Virus record (IMG/VR): IMGVR_UViG_3300045988_141753
DNA from: a virus
Direction: 5' to 3' (one strand)
DNA: 64,000 nucleotides
Part shown: positions 47,479 through 57,892 of the stretch, one piece after another
Position numbering within the stretch: the first letter of the stretch is position 1
How the letters are laid out: every line of letters starts with the position of its first letter
Notes under the pieces: generated by a model
Databases searched by the model: none
Seen by the model: only the letters and a program-made list of their open reading frames with translations
What the model was told of the DNA's origin: nothing
Program-made: the position numbers and the translations under genes

Positions 47479-50400
47479 CAGTTATCACCATCCAATTCTG
47501 CATTACCGCTTATTCCAATAGCTCCACGAGCGTTAGTATTTGTTTCGTTCATATCAACATAATTGATATTATGTTCTATACAGTATTTTACAATAGGCAA
47601 ACAATTTGCGTTTGTAGTATCTGTTATACCATTTCCATACGTGAAAATAGTTCCGACTTGTACATTATCAAGGGTACTAAAATCGGTCATAGTTAAATTA
47701 TTATATTTCCCAGTTTCTGTGTTAAAAGAAGTATGGAGAATAATTTGACCTACGCTTTGACATTTGATTGAGTCGTTAGCTAAAATGCAACCATTTGGAA
47801 TAGAAATGCTGTTTACAAAGGCAATCTGAATAGCATTGCTCATGATTTCCGTTGTACCATTTGTTACCACAATATCTGATTTACTCATTGGAACACGGCA
47901 GAGTTTATTCCCTTGGCAGAGGTTATTATCAACGACTTTAAAAGTAGTATTAGAACTATCCACAGTAAACTTGTTTAATTTAGGACAATTATTAAACCCT
48001 GTAAAGCTAGTCAAAGAAGCCCCAATAACAACCGTTGTTAATGCAGAACAATTGTTCACGCCCGATACAGACAAAGCCATATTTGGAATATAAAATGTTG
48101 TAATAGCATTACTATTTAAACCACCAATTTCTTTTACTTTTCCGTCACTCATGAATGACAAATTTTTCAATTTAGGGCAGTTATTAAATCCATTCACTAT
48201 TTCGCAAGAACTTTCAATTCTTAGAGTTGTCAGGTTAGGCATATCGTTACAACCCTCAACGTCAACCACATAGCCTGTAGTTGCTAAAGTTAATGAAGCT
48301 AAATTATTCATGCAGTTCTCAGGTATAGTTTTTAAACTTGTACTATTTGTCATTGGCAATTTTGTCATATTAGGCATATTGCAAAACGATCCGCTTTCAA
48401 GCGTGATACCATTGCTGTCGGTCACATTACCATAAATTACAACATTAATCGTATTACCACTATAGCCGTTAAAAGCGTTTTTAGGTATTTTAGTAGTACA
48501 ATTACCCGATTGAAAGTCCAAACTCAGATTTATGTTTGCCGATGTATTACTTGCAAAACCATCGGTGTCGTTAATATTAGTAGATCGCCCAATTTGTATA
48601 GTTTGAAGTCCAGATAAATCTCCATCAATACCTTTGCCCATAAGATAAAATCTTCCCTGCACTGTTGCGGGATAAATAACTAAACTTGTTGTTTCTTTAT
48701 TTACATACACTACACATTTATTTGTAGTTGCCGCTTTGATGTTTAAGTTTCCAACAACATGACTTCCTTTTAATATCTCGTTTTGTTTTATTTCTTCGAT
48801 ACCTGTTTGCCCATCAACTGAAACCATTGGTACGAAATTCAAGGTGTAAGGTAGTTCCAAACCATTAACAAATGTGCTATTAGCAAGAAACGATTCAGGG
48901 TGTGAAATATCACAGTATGCTATAGGAAATGTAATCTTGGTAAGCTTTTTACAACCTGACAGCACGCCCTTACTGGTCGAAATGTTTGCAAGATTAGCAG
49001 GGAAAACAAAGTCTGTCATATTCTCAAATCTGTTTCCCATAGGTGAAGTGAGGTAGGTAGCTTTTACTTTGGAACAATCTATCTTTGTAGTTGTTTCTTT
49101 ATCAAAAGCATTGTCAAAGTTAGTTAAATCATCACTTTCAGACACAATAGTTGTATCGTGTGTACCCAAAGAATAATTCTTTTTAAATGTTGAAATTGCG
49201 TTTGTATTACGTCTGGCTACTTCGTTATCATCATAACGTATCAAACAACGTGACGGTGACATAGATTGAAATTCTACCGTACTATCTGCCGACAATGTAT
49301 TGGTAACTGTAACTTCATTTCCTGTTATCCATTGAGCTATCAGTGTTGCGTTATTATTTGGTACAATGTACACGTCACCATAATTGTATTTATTGCCTTG
49401 ACTATCCGTCCATGCGAACAATTTATTCTCGTTATACATATCCCCACCTTGTAAAACAATTTGTTTATTAGGGGGTTGGCTGATACTCTTATAAGTGATA
49501 GTATTGCCGTCTTTGTCCTTGCCACCATTCGTATTATAAGATATTGTCACTGTATCACTTAAAGTTTCACAGTAAATCGAAATACAATCTGTATCAAATG
49601 GCAGCCATTGTAGATTAGTGGCTTCAATACTCATTTCAGTAGCCGATAAAGGCATTGTAATAGAATTTACGATAAATAACTGTTTGTCAAAATTATAATA
49701 ATCATTACTAACCCTAACGGTATTATCAACATTCAGATGTGGAGTGATCGGCAGATTATAACTAATACCTGTACTCATACAAGTATGTTGTAATAACATA
49801 TATTCGGCTTGTTGCCTACACTTTTCCTCTCCGCTTTCTTCATTTGTATCTCCTAGGGGTATATAATAAGTGCCACCATCTAAGCCCTTATAGCCAATAG
49901 CATTTATGTTTACAGGTGATTGTGGGTTTTCATTTTTAGCTGTGTACGAATAAATTTCACCACTTGTATTGTCTGTTGTAACTGTAATAATGTTTACACC
50001 GTCATAATTATAAGTATAATTAATATCCGTTTCTGTAATTTCGGTTTCACTCAATTCAAATTGTGGTGATAAATGACGATACCAAGAAGGTAAGTTATAG
50101 TTAAAAACTCTTTCCATTCTCAATCTGCCATTGACATCGTAATAGATGTTAGCACCATACATTTCGGCAATCTTGTCAAAAATCTCACCAAGATAACCAC
50201 CCTCATCGATTACAATATCGTCATACAGAGTTACATTATAAAATATAGGGTCAATAATCGGCTCAACAGGGTCAAGAGGTATATTATTACCCAAATCAAG
50301 CATAAGCGTGTCCTTAATTAAAGTTGCAATATTCGTTCCTTTTTTAGAATTAGTTACACTAGCCTGATACTCAACAAGGCACATTCTAGCATTTAATGTT

Positions 50401-50795
50401 CCGTCAAGAAAACCATATTTATCAACACCCTCAACATTCAATCGTCTACCATTAGAGTTTGCTGACTTTGTAACAAAAACACCTTGCGGAAACCAATAAA
50501 TATTCTCATCAACTTGCAAGCCGATGAAGATCTTGAATTTTCGATTGTACCAAAATGAGCTATCTTTTTGAGGTATATATTTACCGCTTCTATCAATAAT
50601 AGATAAAGAGCAAGACCTACGGCAGCCTTGCTCTTTATTAATCGTTATTGAACCATCTGTAGAAGATAAGTCACTTGTTATTTCGCCAATAGCACCTTCA
50701 TAGTGTGATAAAATTTCCATTTTGACATACATTTTTCGCATTGGTTTATGTAACTCGGCAAGATAAGCATTGTCTATTTTATTATAATAATCCAT
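47478..50795 (-). CDS. Tal-like tail tip protein with Flg_new repeat and BspA-type LRR extension
   Basis: The N-terminus resembles the prophage tail endopeptidase / minor structural family (...WFPQGVFV...VEGVDKYGFL). A Listeria-Bacteroides repeat is present (TISYNTNGG...LIAQW). Repeated NNCxxLxxx units mark the LRR. Confidence 0.65.
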   Translation of the reverse strand: MDYYNKIDNAYLAELHKPMRKMYVKMEILSHYEGAIGEITSDLSSTDGSITINKEQGCRRSCSLSIIDRSGKYIPQKDSSFWYNRKFKIFIGLQVDENIYWFPQGVFVTKSANSNGRRLNVEGVDKYGFLDGTLNARMCLVEYQASVTNSKKGTNIATLIKDTLMLDLGNNIPLDPVEPIIDPIFYNVTLYDDIVIDEGGYLGEIFDKIAEMYGANIYYDVNGRLRMERVFNYNLPSWYRHLSPQFELSETEITETDINYTYNYDGVNIITVTTDNTSGEIYSYTAKNENPQSPVNINAIGYKGLDGGTYYIPLGDTNEESGEEKCRQQAEYMLLQHTCMSTGISYNLPITPHLNVDNTVRVSNDYYNFDKQLFIVNSITMPLSATEMSIEATNLQWLPFDTDCISIYCETLSDTVTISYNTNGGKDKDGNTITYKSISQPPNKQIVLQGGDMYNENKLFAWTDSQGNKYNYGDVYIVPNNNATLIAQWITGNEVTVTNTLSADSTVEFQSMSPSRCLIRYDDNEVARRNTNAISTFKKNYSLGTHDTTIVSESDDLTNFDNAFDKETTTKIDCSKVKATYLTSPMGNRFENMTDFVFPANLANISTSKGVLSGCKKLTKITFPIAYCDISHPESFLANSTFVNGLELPYTLNFVPMVSVDGQTGIEEIKQNEILKGSHVVGNLNIKAATTNKCVVYVNKETTSLVIYPATVQGRFYLMGKGIDGDLSGLQTIQIGRSTNINDTDGFASNTSANINLSLDFQSGNCTTKIPKNAFNGYSGNTINVVIYGNVTDSNGITLESGSFCNMPNMTKLPMTNSTSLKTIPENCMNNLASLTLATTGYVVDVEGCNDMPNLTTLRIESSCEIVNGFNNCPKLKNLSFMSDGKVKEIGGLNSNAITTFYIPNMALSVSGVNNCSALTTVVIGASLTSFTGFNNCPKLNKFTVDSSNTTFKVVDNNLCQGNKLCRVPMSKSDIVVTNGTTEIMSNAIQIAFVNSISIPNGCILANDSIKCQSVGQIILHTSFNTETGKYNNLTMTDFSTLDNVQVGTIFTYGNGITDTTNANCLPIVKYCIEHNINYVDMNETNTNARGAIGISGNAELDGDN

Positions 50796-50811
50796 AACAC
50801 TTTCCTACCTC

Positions 50812-52755
50812 CTATCTAATAATTATTACATCGTTTATATCTTCAACTTCAATCCAATCATACTTAATATTAGTCAACCCTAATACACTTGTGCTATCAT
50901 AAATTCTAGTAGGGTTATCTGAGATATTTATAATCCAAACATCGCCCTTATGAGATTTTAACATAAAATCATTCTTACCTTTAATAAATTTAGTCCATGC
51001 TTTTACTCTGTCAATATTATCGACTATTTGACCGTCAGGGCAATTAATTGTCAAAAGATCAGCAGAGAAAGAACCACTCTCATAATCTGTTACTGTTCTA
51101 GTTGTTTTTGGCTTAATACCTGTTCCTGTGTGTACCGCAAGACCAATATTTGATGTAATATCATTATCGGTCATACCTGTTATAAACTCCCAACACTCAG
51201 AAATAGCATAATACTTTTTGTTATATTTTGTACCCAAATCGGTTAAAGAGTATATAAACCAACCGTCCTTGTTTACCGATACTTGCTCTGATTTATATGG
51301 TTTGTAATCTCCGTAACAAACATAATATTCATAAGTCTGCTTATTGCCAACTGTTGTGTCAAAGAAGCTCTTTGTATTAGTAGTACCAAGAAAAACATAA
51401 TCTTCTTCATTTACATTACGTCTAAAAATCTTTGCAGTACCACTAAGAGTTGTATTCCATGACAGCATTGCTATACGATTATTAATTATTAGACAATTAA
51501 AGTTGTTTACTAAATCACCTAACTCGTTGCCTTGGAACGATACTCTTTTGCTAAAATGATACATTTTATCGTCAAGTGTCATAATCTCACTAACAACACA
51601 ATATGAATTTCCTGCTTGCATAGCATAGAAATCATAGTCGAGTCTGAAATTATAAATTGCAGGACTTTCATCAATCAATTTCTGTGTTCCACTATAAACA
51701 GTAAACTTTGCACCTTTTACAAACTGAGTATTTGCAGGGCAATAAATTGTAGCCATTCCTGTAGCAGTATTGTAGTTAGAAATAAAACCATTAATACCCT
51801 TGGTAACATGACCCTCTGTTCCACTAGGCTCTACCTCTATAGTAATACACTTATTTACTATATTTTCACCTATACTTTTACCAAGATTGACCTGAGTTGT
51901 ATCATTTGTGCTGTCCTGAATAGTTCCGTCATAGACTACATTTGAATTAATTATTTGATACAAATAATACTTATAATATTTCAATCCGACATGATTAGGG
52001 TGAGTGTACGTTGTTTCACAATGTATTGGTCTAGTAGAATTGTTTTCATTTACTTCAGCCGTAACAATACAATCAGGGTCATTTCTGCATTTTACATAAT
52101 GTGGTTTATCTATAAAGTAATTAGTAAATATCCTAAATTCAGTGCCTCTTGCGGGGGCTGTTGTAAAACCAGACTTTAATCTTACGTTACCAGTTTCATA
52201 ATCGTAGGTTTCTATCAGTCGTCTTTCTTCTCCAATCTCGATATAGGCGCCGCCGACTAAATACACTGAGCCGTCGGAACGCTCATAATAGTACGCGCTC
52301 TTGAGATTTGCAATTTCCTTGTTAATCATAAAACTTGATGTAGTACCCGAAGATTGGATTTTACCACGGCAGAAATACATATCATACAAACCAACACCAT
52401 CTCCATGTTGAGTGTCGTCAGCTATGGTTGTAGGGTCTGTTTGAAAAAGAATGTATCGATATTGGTAATCATGACCGTTCTCTGCAATGTCATTAAAAAC
52501 TAACTCATTAACACCAACTTTATCACCATTGTAAAAGATGTTTATGTCACCACCCTTTGGAAAATAAGAGTGATTAACCTCACCTGTTTTAAGGTTTGTG
52601 TACTCGCACAATGCCCAACGCATAGCCGAACCTGCTGTACAATTAAACTGATAACTGAAATGTGGCGCACGATCATATTCACCATTTACGTCCTTATGTT
52701 TATCTATCTTTACAACCTCATCATCAGGAAATACCAATGTAGGAGTCATAATCAT
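50812..52755 (-). CDS. Distal tail protein-like (by position)
   Basis: ATG 52755 follows AGAGGTGAAG. The longer track ORF would run through the terminator hairpin. It lies immediately downstream of the TMP. Confidence 0.5.
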   Translation of the reverse strand: MIMTPTLVFPDDEVVKIDKHKDVNGEYDRAPHFSYQFNCTAGSAMRWALCEYTNLKTGEVNHSYFPKGGDINIFYNGDKVGVNELVFNDIAENGHDYQYRYILFQTDPTTIADDTQHGDGVGLYDMYFCRGKIQSSGTTSSFMINKEIANLKSAYYYERSDGSVYLVGGAYIEIGEERRLIETYDYETGNVRLKSGFTTAPARGTEFRIFTNYFIDKPHYVKCRNDPDCIVTAEVNENNSTRPIHCETTYTHPNHVGLKYYKYYLYQIINSNVVYDGTIQDSTNDTTQVNLGKSIGENIVNKCITIEVEPSGTEGHVTKGINGFISNYNTATGMATIYCPANTQFVKGAKFTVYSGTQKLIDESPAIYNFRLDYDFYAMQAGNSYCVVSEIMTLDDKMYHFSKRVSFQGNELGDLVNNFNCLIINNRIAMLSWNTTLSGTAKIFRRNVNEEDYVFLGTTNTKSFFDTTVGNKQTYEYYVCYGDYKPYKSEQVSVNKDGWFIYSLTDLGTKYNKKYYAISECWEFITGMTDNDITSNIGLAVHTGTGIKPKTTRTVTDYESGSFSADLLTINCPDGQIVDNIDRVKAWTKFIKGKNDFMLKSHKGDVWIINISDNPTRIYDSTSVLGLTNIKYDWIEVEDINDVIIIR

Positions 52756-52780
52756 TTTTTTCTTCACCTCTCTTGTTTTC

Positions 52781-52816
52781 CAAAAGATAAGAGCCACTAA
52801 ATAATTAATGGCTCTT
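52781..52816 (-). terminator. Hairpin after the tape-measure gene
   Basis: aagagcca / tggctctt stem, followed on the minus strand by cttttgg. Confidence 0.35.
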
Positions 52817-52834
52817 TATTACTTTTGTGTTTAT

Positions 52835-55800
52835 TTAATAATTTTTACCGACTATTCTATCCAAATCAGCCTGTTGCAGATAAGCGTTCATCTGCTCTAA
52901 GAATGTTGTGCCGTCTGTTGTATTGACAGTATCAATCTGGAATACAATAGTCTTATTGTTTGTGTCACTTCTATTTTGAATATTGTTTGGCGAGGACATT
53001 TTTGTCCTTACCAAATCTGTTATACCATTGTAAATCTTATCTCCAATATAATTGACAAGATTATCTGTATTAGCCACAAGGTTGTATAGCTTTCTGCCTT
53101 GCTCTGAATTGAAGATAGTTTCAACTGCATTTGGCTTTCCGTGAAGTTGTGCAAGCCCTGTATAATCATCAATACCACCTGAACGATATGGCTTAATAAT
53201 GTTGAACTTACTCTTTAAAGCATTAAGAATAGCTGTTAATGCACCCTTGTTCTTACCAAGCATAGGATTAGCCAATAGTTCTGATGAAACCATTTTGCCG
53301 TACAGTTCAGATTTTAACTGTTCTGCTTGTGCTTCATCAAGCCCTGTTCCAACAGTTTCACCGTCATATTGAACAAGATACAAACCATTCGATTTAGCAC
53401 CCTCAACAGAAATATCAGAATAGTCAAGAGCTTCCCTAGCACGTTTTTTACAATCCTCTAAGAACTTAGTCCTACCTTCCATAGTCTGCATTTCTTTTTC
53501 AGAAACATCTGTCAACTGTTTTATGTAGTCTTTATTCTTATTCGTAATATCTGTAACATACTTTGATAAAGCTTCTTTTTCTTTCTTGTATGCCTCAATT
53601 TCTTTGCTTTTAGCCGTTATCTCTTTTTCAACGCTCTCAATTTCCTTTTCAACCTGATCTGAAAGTTGAGAACGATAAGATTGGTATTTGCTTGCAAAGT
53701 CATTAAGAATATTTGTGTCTTGCTGTGCTATTTTGTCCGTCCAATTAACACCTAAAATATCTTTGGCAAGCTGTTCATTTTCTGTGTTAGTAGAGCTGTT
53801 GATAAGGTCTTGCCACTGTTGTTTATACTTATCCCACAATGAAGTTTCCTTATCACGCTGCTTTTCAAGGTCAGATACACGTTTATCAGCACTAGCCTGT
53901 TCATATTCCTGCTGTGCCTTGTTTACTTCCTCGGTATTGGTTTCCAAATGCCAACCACTAGCTTCAGAATAAACATTTACCTTTTTCTTTTTAGCATTTT
54001 CAAGATTATTTAGCTTTTCCTGTAAGTCAATAGTATCTTGTTTTTCTTCATTAACAGCTTTAATGGCATCAATTTCAGCATTATATCTGTCCTCAATAGC
54101 TGATTTCTGCTCGTCAATATAAGACTCTACTGTGTTTGCAACAGTTTCGTACTGAGAAATAATATTGTCAAGTTGAGTTTTTTGTTCTGTAAGAATATTC
54201 TTTTGTTCTTCAAGAACATCTTTCTCGTCCTCAGCTTTATCTATAAGATCATCAAACGTTTCCTCATAAATTTTCTCAATATCGTCTACAGACAGTTTAA
54301 CGTCGGAAATAGAAGAAGCTACCTCTCCAAGTTTTTCAAGACTTGAAATAAGACCTTCTACATTAGCCTTATCATTGCCATTCGGCAAACTGTTTGATAG
54401 TTCTTTTAATCTGTTTATTAATTCTTTAGGGTTTTGTCTTATCAGTTTCTTAACTTCTTCTGTCAGCTTTTCCGTGTTGCCCGAGAATTTAGCCAAGTCA
54501 GGATATGATTTAAACAGTTCAACTAAGTCACTATCCGAAATACTTCCGTCTTGCAGACTTGTTAAAGTATCTTTAAGTGATTTTGCTTTATTCTGAACTT
54601 CGTCAATATCGTCCGTCCACTCAGAAATATCAAAAGTACCTGTTGTTAATTTTGCAGGCAAAGTTTCAAAGAAAGTATTAACATAGTCAATTAAATCCTC
54701 GTCACCATTAGCCAAGTCAATTAATTTGTCCTTGTATTGCTGAGTTAAATCATAAAGCCTATCAACATCATCAATGTTTTTGGTTTCTACAGCATGACTA
54801 TAACTTTCAGTAGCTTTCTGAGCTTCATCAAATGCTTTGCTAAATTCTTCACTTGTGTTATAGTTTTCAAGTGTTTTCTGAATTTCGTTGTATTTATCAA
54901 CGGCATTAGAAAGTTTATCATATTCCTCTGTTGTGGTAGCAATTTCTTTTTGCAAATCAGCCAACCACTTGTTACGATTATCGTCTTTTGAAATGTTTGC
55001 CCATTTCTCGGATAATTCATCATAAACCTTTTGCATAGTATCAATACGTTCTTGCATTGTACCTGCGAAAAGTAAATTACTATAAGCATTAGTGCTTATA
55101 CCAACATTATTATACTTTTTAAGAATTGGTTCAATGTCATTCTTGTAACTGTACCAATCACCATAACCACGAGAGCCGACCTTGTTGATATCAGCATTAG
55201 AATTATAGTCACTGAATAGACCGTCTGATACATAGGCTTGCCCTTTGCCACCGTAATCAGTAGTAAAAAGACCCTTGTTAAAAGAGCTTCCCTCTTTTAA
55301 TTTCTTTTGTGCTAAATCATAGGCTTCTTTAACACTCAGCTTTCTATCACTATCATCAGGATCAGTAATATCCGACTCTTGATAAAGTTCACTCTCAGCC
55401 TTTTCTTTTTTCCATTCTTTGATTTTCTTAATATTTTCAGACATTTTGCCATTAAGCAAGTCAAGGCTCTTAGCTTCATTACCGTACTTGTCAATTAAGT
55501 TGTCCTGAATAGTATTCAAATCGTCCTTAACAGTTGACAAGTCATCTGTTGTCGCAACCAAAGTTACATAACGATTTACTAATTCGTTTACTGACTTGTT
55601 TTCTTCATCTAATTTGTCAATAGAGTCAGAGAAACTACTTGTGAACTGAGCTAAACTTTCTTTTGCATTATCGGTACCATTGACAATATTATCAAAAAGT
55701 GCTATAATCTTATCAATAACCAAACCTGCAAGCAAGCCGACAGCCATATTACCAACAGTTGATAATATTTTCATGCCAGCGGCAGCAAGCTTAGAAGAAG

Positions 55801-56014
55801 TCGCAACACCCTTTAAAGAAGCGGAAAGTATTTCTTCTGATACCGCTGCACCATTAGCACTTCTAGCAACATTGAGAGTTGTTTCAGAGCAACCCTTTAA
55901 AGCTATTGACTCGGCTTCAGCTACCGATTTACCCTGTGCCAAAAGGTTATTAAACTGACGGACATTTGCTACTTCATTTGCAGGAATTAGAGTTATATCC
56001 GATTTATTATGAAG
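52835..56014 (-). CDS. Tape measure protein, exon 4 (5' boundary unresolved, frame open up to 56143)
   Basis: More than 1060 codons with a hydrophobic block (AAAGMKILSTVGNMAVGLLAGLVI) and long coiled coils. There is no ATG/GTG with an RBS anywhere in the open 5' part. Confidence 0.7.
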   Translation of the reverse strand, partial: LHNKSDITLIPANEVANVRQFNNLLAQGKSVAEAESIALKGCSETTLNVARSANGAAVSEEILSASLKGVATSSKLAAAGMKILSTVGNMAVGLLAGLVIDKIIALFDNIVNGTDNAKESLAQFTSSFSDSIDKLDEENKSVNELVNRYVTLVATTDDLSTVKDDLNTIQDNLIDKYGNEAKSLDLLNGKMSENIKKIKEWKKEKAESELYQESDITDPDDSDRKLSVKEAYDLAQKKLKEGSSFNKGLFTTDYGGKGQAYVSDGLFSDYNSNADINKVGSRGYGDWYSYKNDIEPILKKYNNVGISTNAYSNLLFAGTMQERIDTMQKVYDELSEKWANISKDDNRNKWLADLQKEIATTTEEYDKLSNAVDKYNEIQKTLENYNTSEEFSKAFDEAQKATESYSHAVETKNIDDVDRLYDLTQQYKDKLIDLANGDEDLIDYVNTFFETLPAKLTTGTFDISEWTDDIDEVQNKAKSLKDTLTSLQDGSISDSDLVELFKSYPDLAKFSGNTEKLTEEVKKLIRQNPKELINRLKELSNSLPNGNDKANVEGLISSLEKLGEVASSISDVKLSVDDIEKIYEETFDDLIDKAEDEKDVLEEQKNILTEQKTQLDNIISQYETVANTVESYIDEQKSAIEDRYNAEIDAIKAVNEEKQDTIDLQEKLNNLENAKKKKVNVYSEASGWHLETNTEEVNKAQQEYEQASADKRVSDLEKQRDKETSLWDKYKQQWQDLINSSTNTENEQLAKDILGVNWTDKIAQQDTNILNDFASKYQSYRSQLSDQVEKEIESVEKEITAKSKEIEAYKKEKEALSKYVTDITNKNKDYIKQLTDVSEKEMQTMEGRTKFLEDCKKRAREALDYSDISVEGAKSNGLYLVQYDGETVGTGLDEAQAEQLKSELYGKMVSSELLANPMLGKNKGALTAILNALKSKFNIIKPYRSGGIDDYTGLAQLHGKPNAVETIFNSEQGRKLYNLVANTDNLVNYIGDKIYNGITDLVRTKMSSPNNIQNRSDTNNKTIVFQIDTVNTTDGTTFLEQMNAYLQQADLDRIVGKNY

Positions 56015-56159
56015 CAAGTTCTTTAAATCTGAAAGTTGTGTTATAGTCTTGCCTAATATACTGATATTAGTCTTGCCACTACTCTCATTTTCAACTGTTT
56101 TAAAGACCTTAACAGTTATTCGTTTATAGTTTTGATATAAATTTTAAAGGAGAATAGTT

Positions 56160-56585
56160 ATGACAAACAACCAAGAGAAAACAGGCAATGTAATTAACGA
56201 ACATACCACATCTACTAATAATGAGACTACCGAGCAAGTTCATTATTCGATAGGCAGAATTGTCATATTTATAATAATTGTTATTTTGTTTATATTAATG
56301 ATTATTGACTTAACTTCTAAAGCCCTACACTACGAAAAAGACTACAGCCAAGAAGCTTACACAGCAGCTAAATTCTATGTAAATAAACAGTTAAAAGCCC
56401 CTGCCACGGCAGATTATCCAATGTATGATAAAAACTTTATTACGCATCATAATGATAGCTACACCGTATCATCTTATGTGGATGCTGAAAATAGTTTTGG
56501 TGTTAAGGGCAGATTGTACTATACTGTCACTATGGAACGTGACGGCAAGGATTGGACTAACGTAAATGTTAATTTGAGAGAATAG
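56160..56585 (+). CDS. Membrane-anchored small protein (moron-like; superinfection-related?)
   Basis: AAAGGAG RBS. TM IVIFIIIVILFILMII. The extracytoplasmic domain has LKAPATADYP...VDAENSFGVKGRLYY, a common small-exported-protein pattern. It has its own terminator. Confidence 0.65.
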   Translation: MTNNQEKTGNVINEHTTSTNNETTEQVHYSIGRIVIFIIIVILFILMIIDLTSKALHYEKDYSQEAYTAAKFYVNKQLKAPATADYPMYDKNFITHHNDSYTVSSYVDAENSFGVKGRLYYTVTMERDGKDWTNVNVNLRE

Positions 56586-56670
56586 ATAGTGAATACGAGT
56601 GTATGAGTGTATGAGTATACACAAGTGTACAAATGGGCAAAAGTAAACAATGTGTGTTCATGTATAACAA

Positions 56671-56700
56671 AAGCTCCGAGAATATCGGAGCTTTATTTGC
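56671..56700 (+). terminator. Rho-independent terminator of the plus-strand membrane-protein gene
   Basis: aagctccga / tcggagctt stem with loop gaata, followed by tatttgc. Confidence 0.6.
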
Positions 56701-56749
56701 ATTGTATTCTATTTATTTTTTTGACTTTAACGCTTTGTAGTTTATGCCA

Positions 56750-56787
56750 ATTAAAACATATAGCCTCGCTTTAGGCGAGACTATATG
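56750..56787 (-). terminator. Rho-independent terminator of the MazF-like cassette
   Basis: 13-bp stem catatagtctcgc / gcgaggctatatg (minus sense) with loop ctaaa, followed by tttt. Confidence 0.65.
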
Positions 56788-56880
56788 AAACTACATTTGA
56801 ACTAGACTATTTATTAGTCGCTTGTCTAGTAGCGACAAACATTTGAAGTGTTTGTGGAGAACTAAGGTCTTATTTTATGA

Positions 56881-57270
56881 CTATTCATTTGCTGCGTTCA
56901 GTAACTCGTTGTCACCCTTGCCGTTTTCCATTTTAACCTGATCTGACTCAAGCAAAAACTGAACATAATTTTCAAGAATAATATCAATATCATCTTTATG
57001 TAGTTCACCAATTTTTCTTCGGAACTTACTGTTATCCAACGATACGGTTTTGGAAATTCGTGCTACAGACTCATGCTTTAATCCTGCCTCTTGCCAATGA
57101 GTAATAGGTACATCATATTTATCGGCTTCTCTCACTTCATGACTTGTCACTTTAATTGACAGTACACACAAAGGTTGCACACTCAATATAATAACAGGTC
57201 TATCCTTTGAGATATTTTTATCTTCAAAGGGAAAATTAGCGTACCACAACTCCCATTGTTTCTTCGCCAT
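56881..57270 (-). CDS. PemK/MazF-family toxin-like protein
   Basis: WELWYANFPFEDKNISKDRPVIILS...IKVTSHE...GLKHESVARISKTVSLDNSKFRRKIGELHKDD follows the MazF/PemK pattern (GD.y..d..P..G.E....RP.vv.q...i..iTs...S.v....i.t.d..rl....g.l). Confidence 0.65.
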   Translation of the reverse strand: MAKKQWELWYANFPFEDKNISKDRPVIILSVQPLCVLSIKVTSHEVREADKYDVPITHWQEAGLKHESVARISKTVSLDNSKFRRKIGELHKDDIDIILENYVQFLLESDQVKMENGKGDNELLNAANE

Positions 57271-57275
57271 TTATG

Positions 57276-57458
57276 TCACTTCCTATCGTCATCGATTTTT
57301 GCATAATTATCGTAGATTTTATCATTCCACTCATCATCTTTGTTTATTGTCGGATTGTGCGGTACATTACTCAGTATAAAATCTAAATTGGCTGTAATAA
57401 ATTGATTAAATTCCTCAACTGACATCTTAGTATTCTGTACATTTATTGTTTTAGCCAT
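57276..57458 (-). CDS. small acidic protein, antitoxin candidate (by position)
   Basis: ATG 57458 follows AGAGGTGAGG. Its stop is 5 nt before the toxin ATG. No fold recognised. Confidence 0.45.
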   Translation of the reverse strand: MAKTINVQNTKMSVEEFNQFITANLDFILSNVPHNPTINKDDEWNDKIYDNYAKIDDDRK

Positions 57459-57533
57459 AAACCTCACCTCTAAATTTTAAAATAATTTTATACCTTTGTG
57501 TGTAGTTGTTAATTAAAATGAAATACTTATAGT

Positions 57534-57782
57534 TTAATCTTCAAGTGATTTCCTAATATCTTCGTCCCATGGCTGTCCGTTAAAAGTCGAATGTTTCATC
57601 ATCTCTCTTGCCTGTTTTTTTATTTTTGAAATAACTGCTGCGGAGGACTTGGAATTAATAAATTCGTCCGCTTTATCTTCTCTAACAACGAAGGCAAGAT
57701 TTACAGGTTTACTCATAACTGCCATATCTATCAACTCCTCCTTCTTTTTACGTACATTCTTTTTGTTATTAGTTTCTCCCAT
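57534..57782 (-). CDS. small basic protein, first gene of the cassette (possible RHH-type regulator)
   Basis: ATG 57782 follows GAGGTGA; an alternative is ATG 57725 after AAGGAGG. KPVNLAFVVREDKADEF looks like an RHH strand-helix. This reading is weak. Confidence 0.4.
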   Translation of the reverse strand: MGETNNKKNVRKKKEELIDMAVMSKPVNLAFVVREDKADEFINSKSSAAVISKIKKQAREMMKHSTFNGQPWDEDIRKSLED

Positions 57783-57824
57783 GCGGTATCACCTCTATTA
57801 TATTATAGGGGCAAGCACCTAAAA

Positions 57825-57881
57825 TATGCGTATAACTAATAAATTATGCGTAAGAATAATAATTTATGCGTCTAACGCATA
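57825..57881 (-). promoter_or_regulatory. Phased operator array (TATGCGT x3 at 20-bp spacing + palindrome)
   Basis: TATGCGT occurs at 57825, 57845 and 57865. The third copy forms the palindrome TATGCGT-cta-ACGCATA (57865-57881), right at the predicted start site. Confidence 0.55.
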
Positions 57882-57892
57882 TTTCTATTATT

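Noticed and set aside
53688-55958. Several plus-strand ORFs of 60-100 aa antisense to TMP exon 4. Similar ones lie antisense to TMP exon 1 (59816-61684).
   Set aside because: They are Ser/Leu-rich translations of the complement of a Lys/Glu/Asp-rich coiled-coil gene. They have no start signals.
56750-56860. ATAGTCT motifs (about 56805 and 56779, minus strand) followed by ...TTTTAATTG at about 56744, considered as the P7/P9/3' splice site of the third TMP intron.
   Set aside because: Splicing exon 3 to 56743 gives a stop within at most 20 codons in every phase. One ATAGTCT is simply the 5' arm of a perfect 13-bp terminator hairpin for the cassette. I kept it as an open alternative in the main finding.
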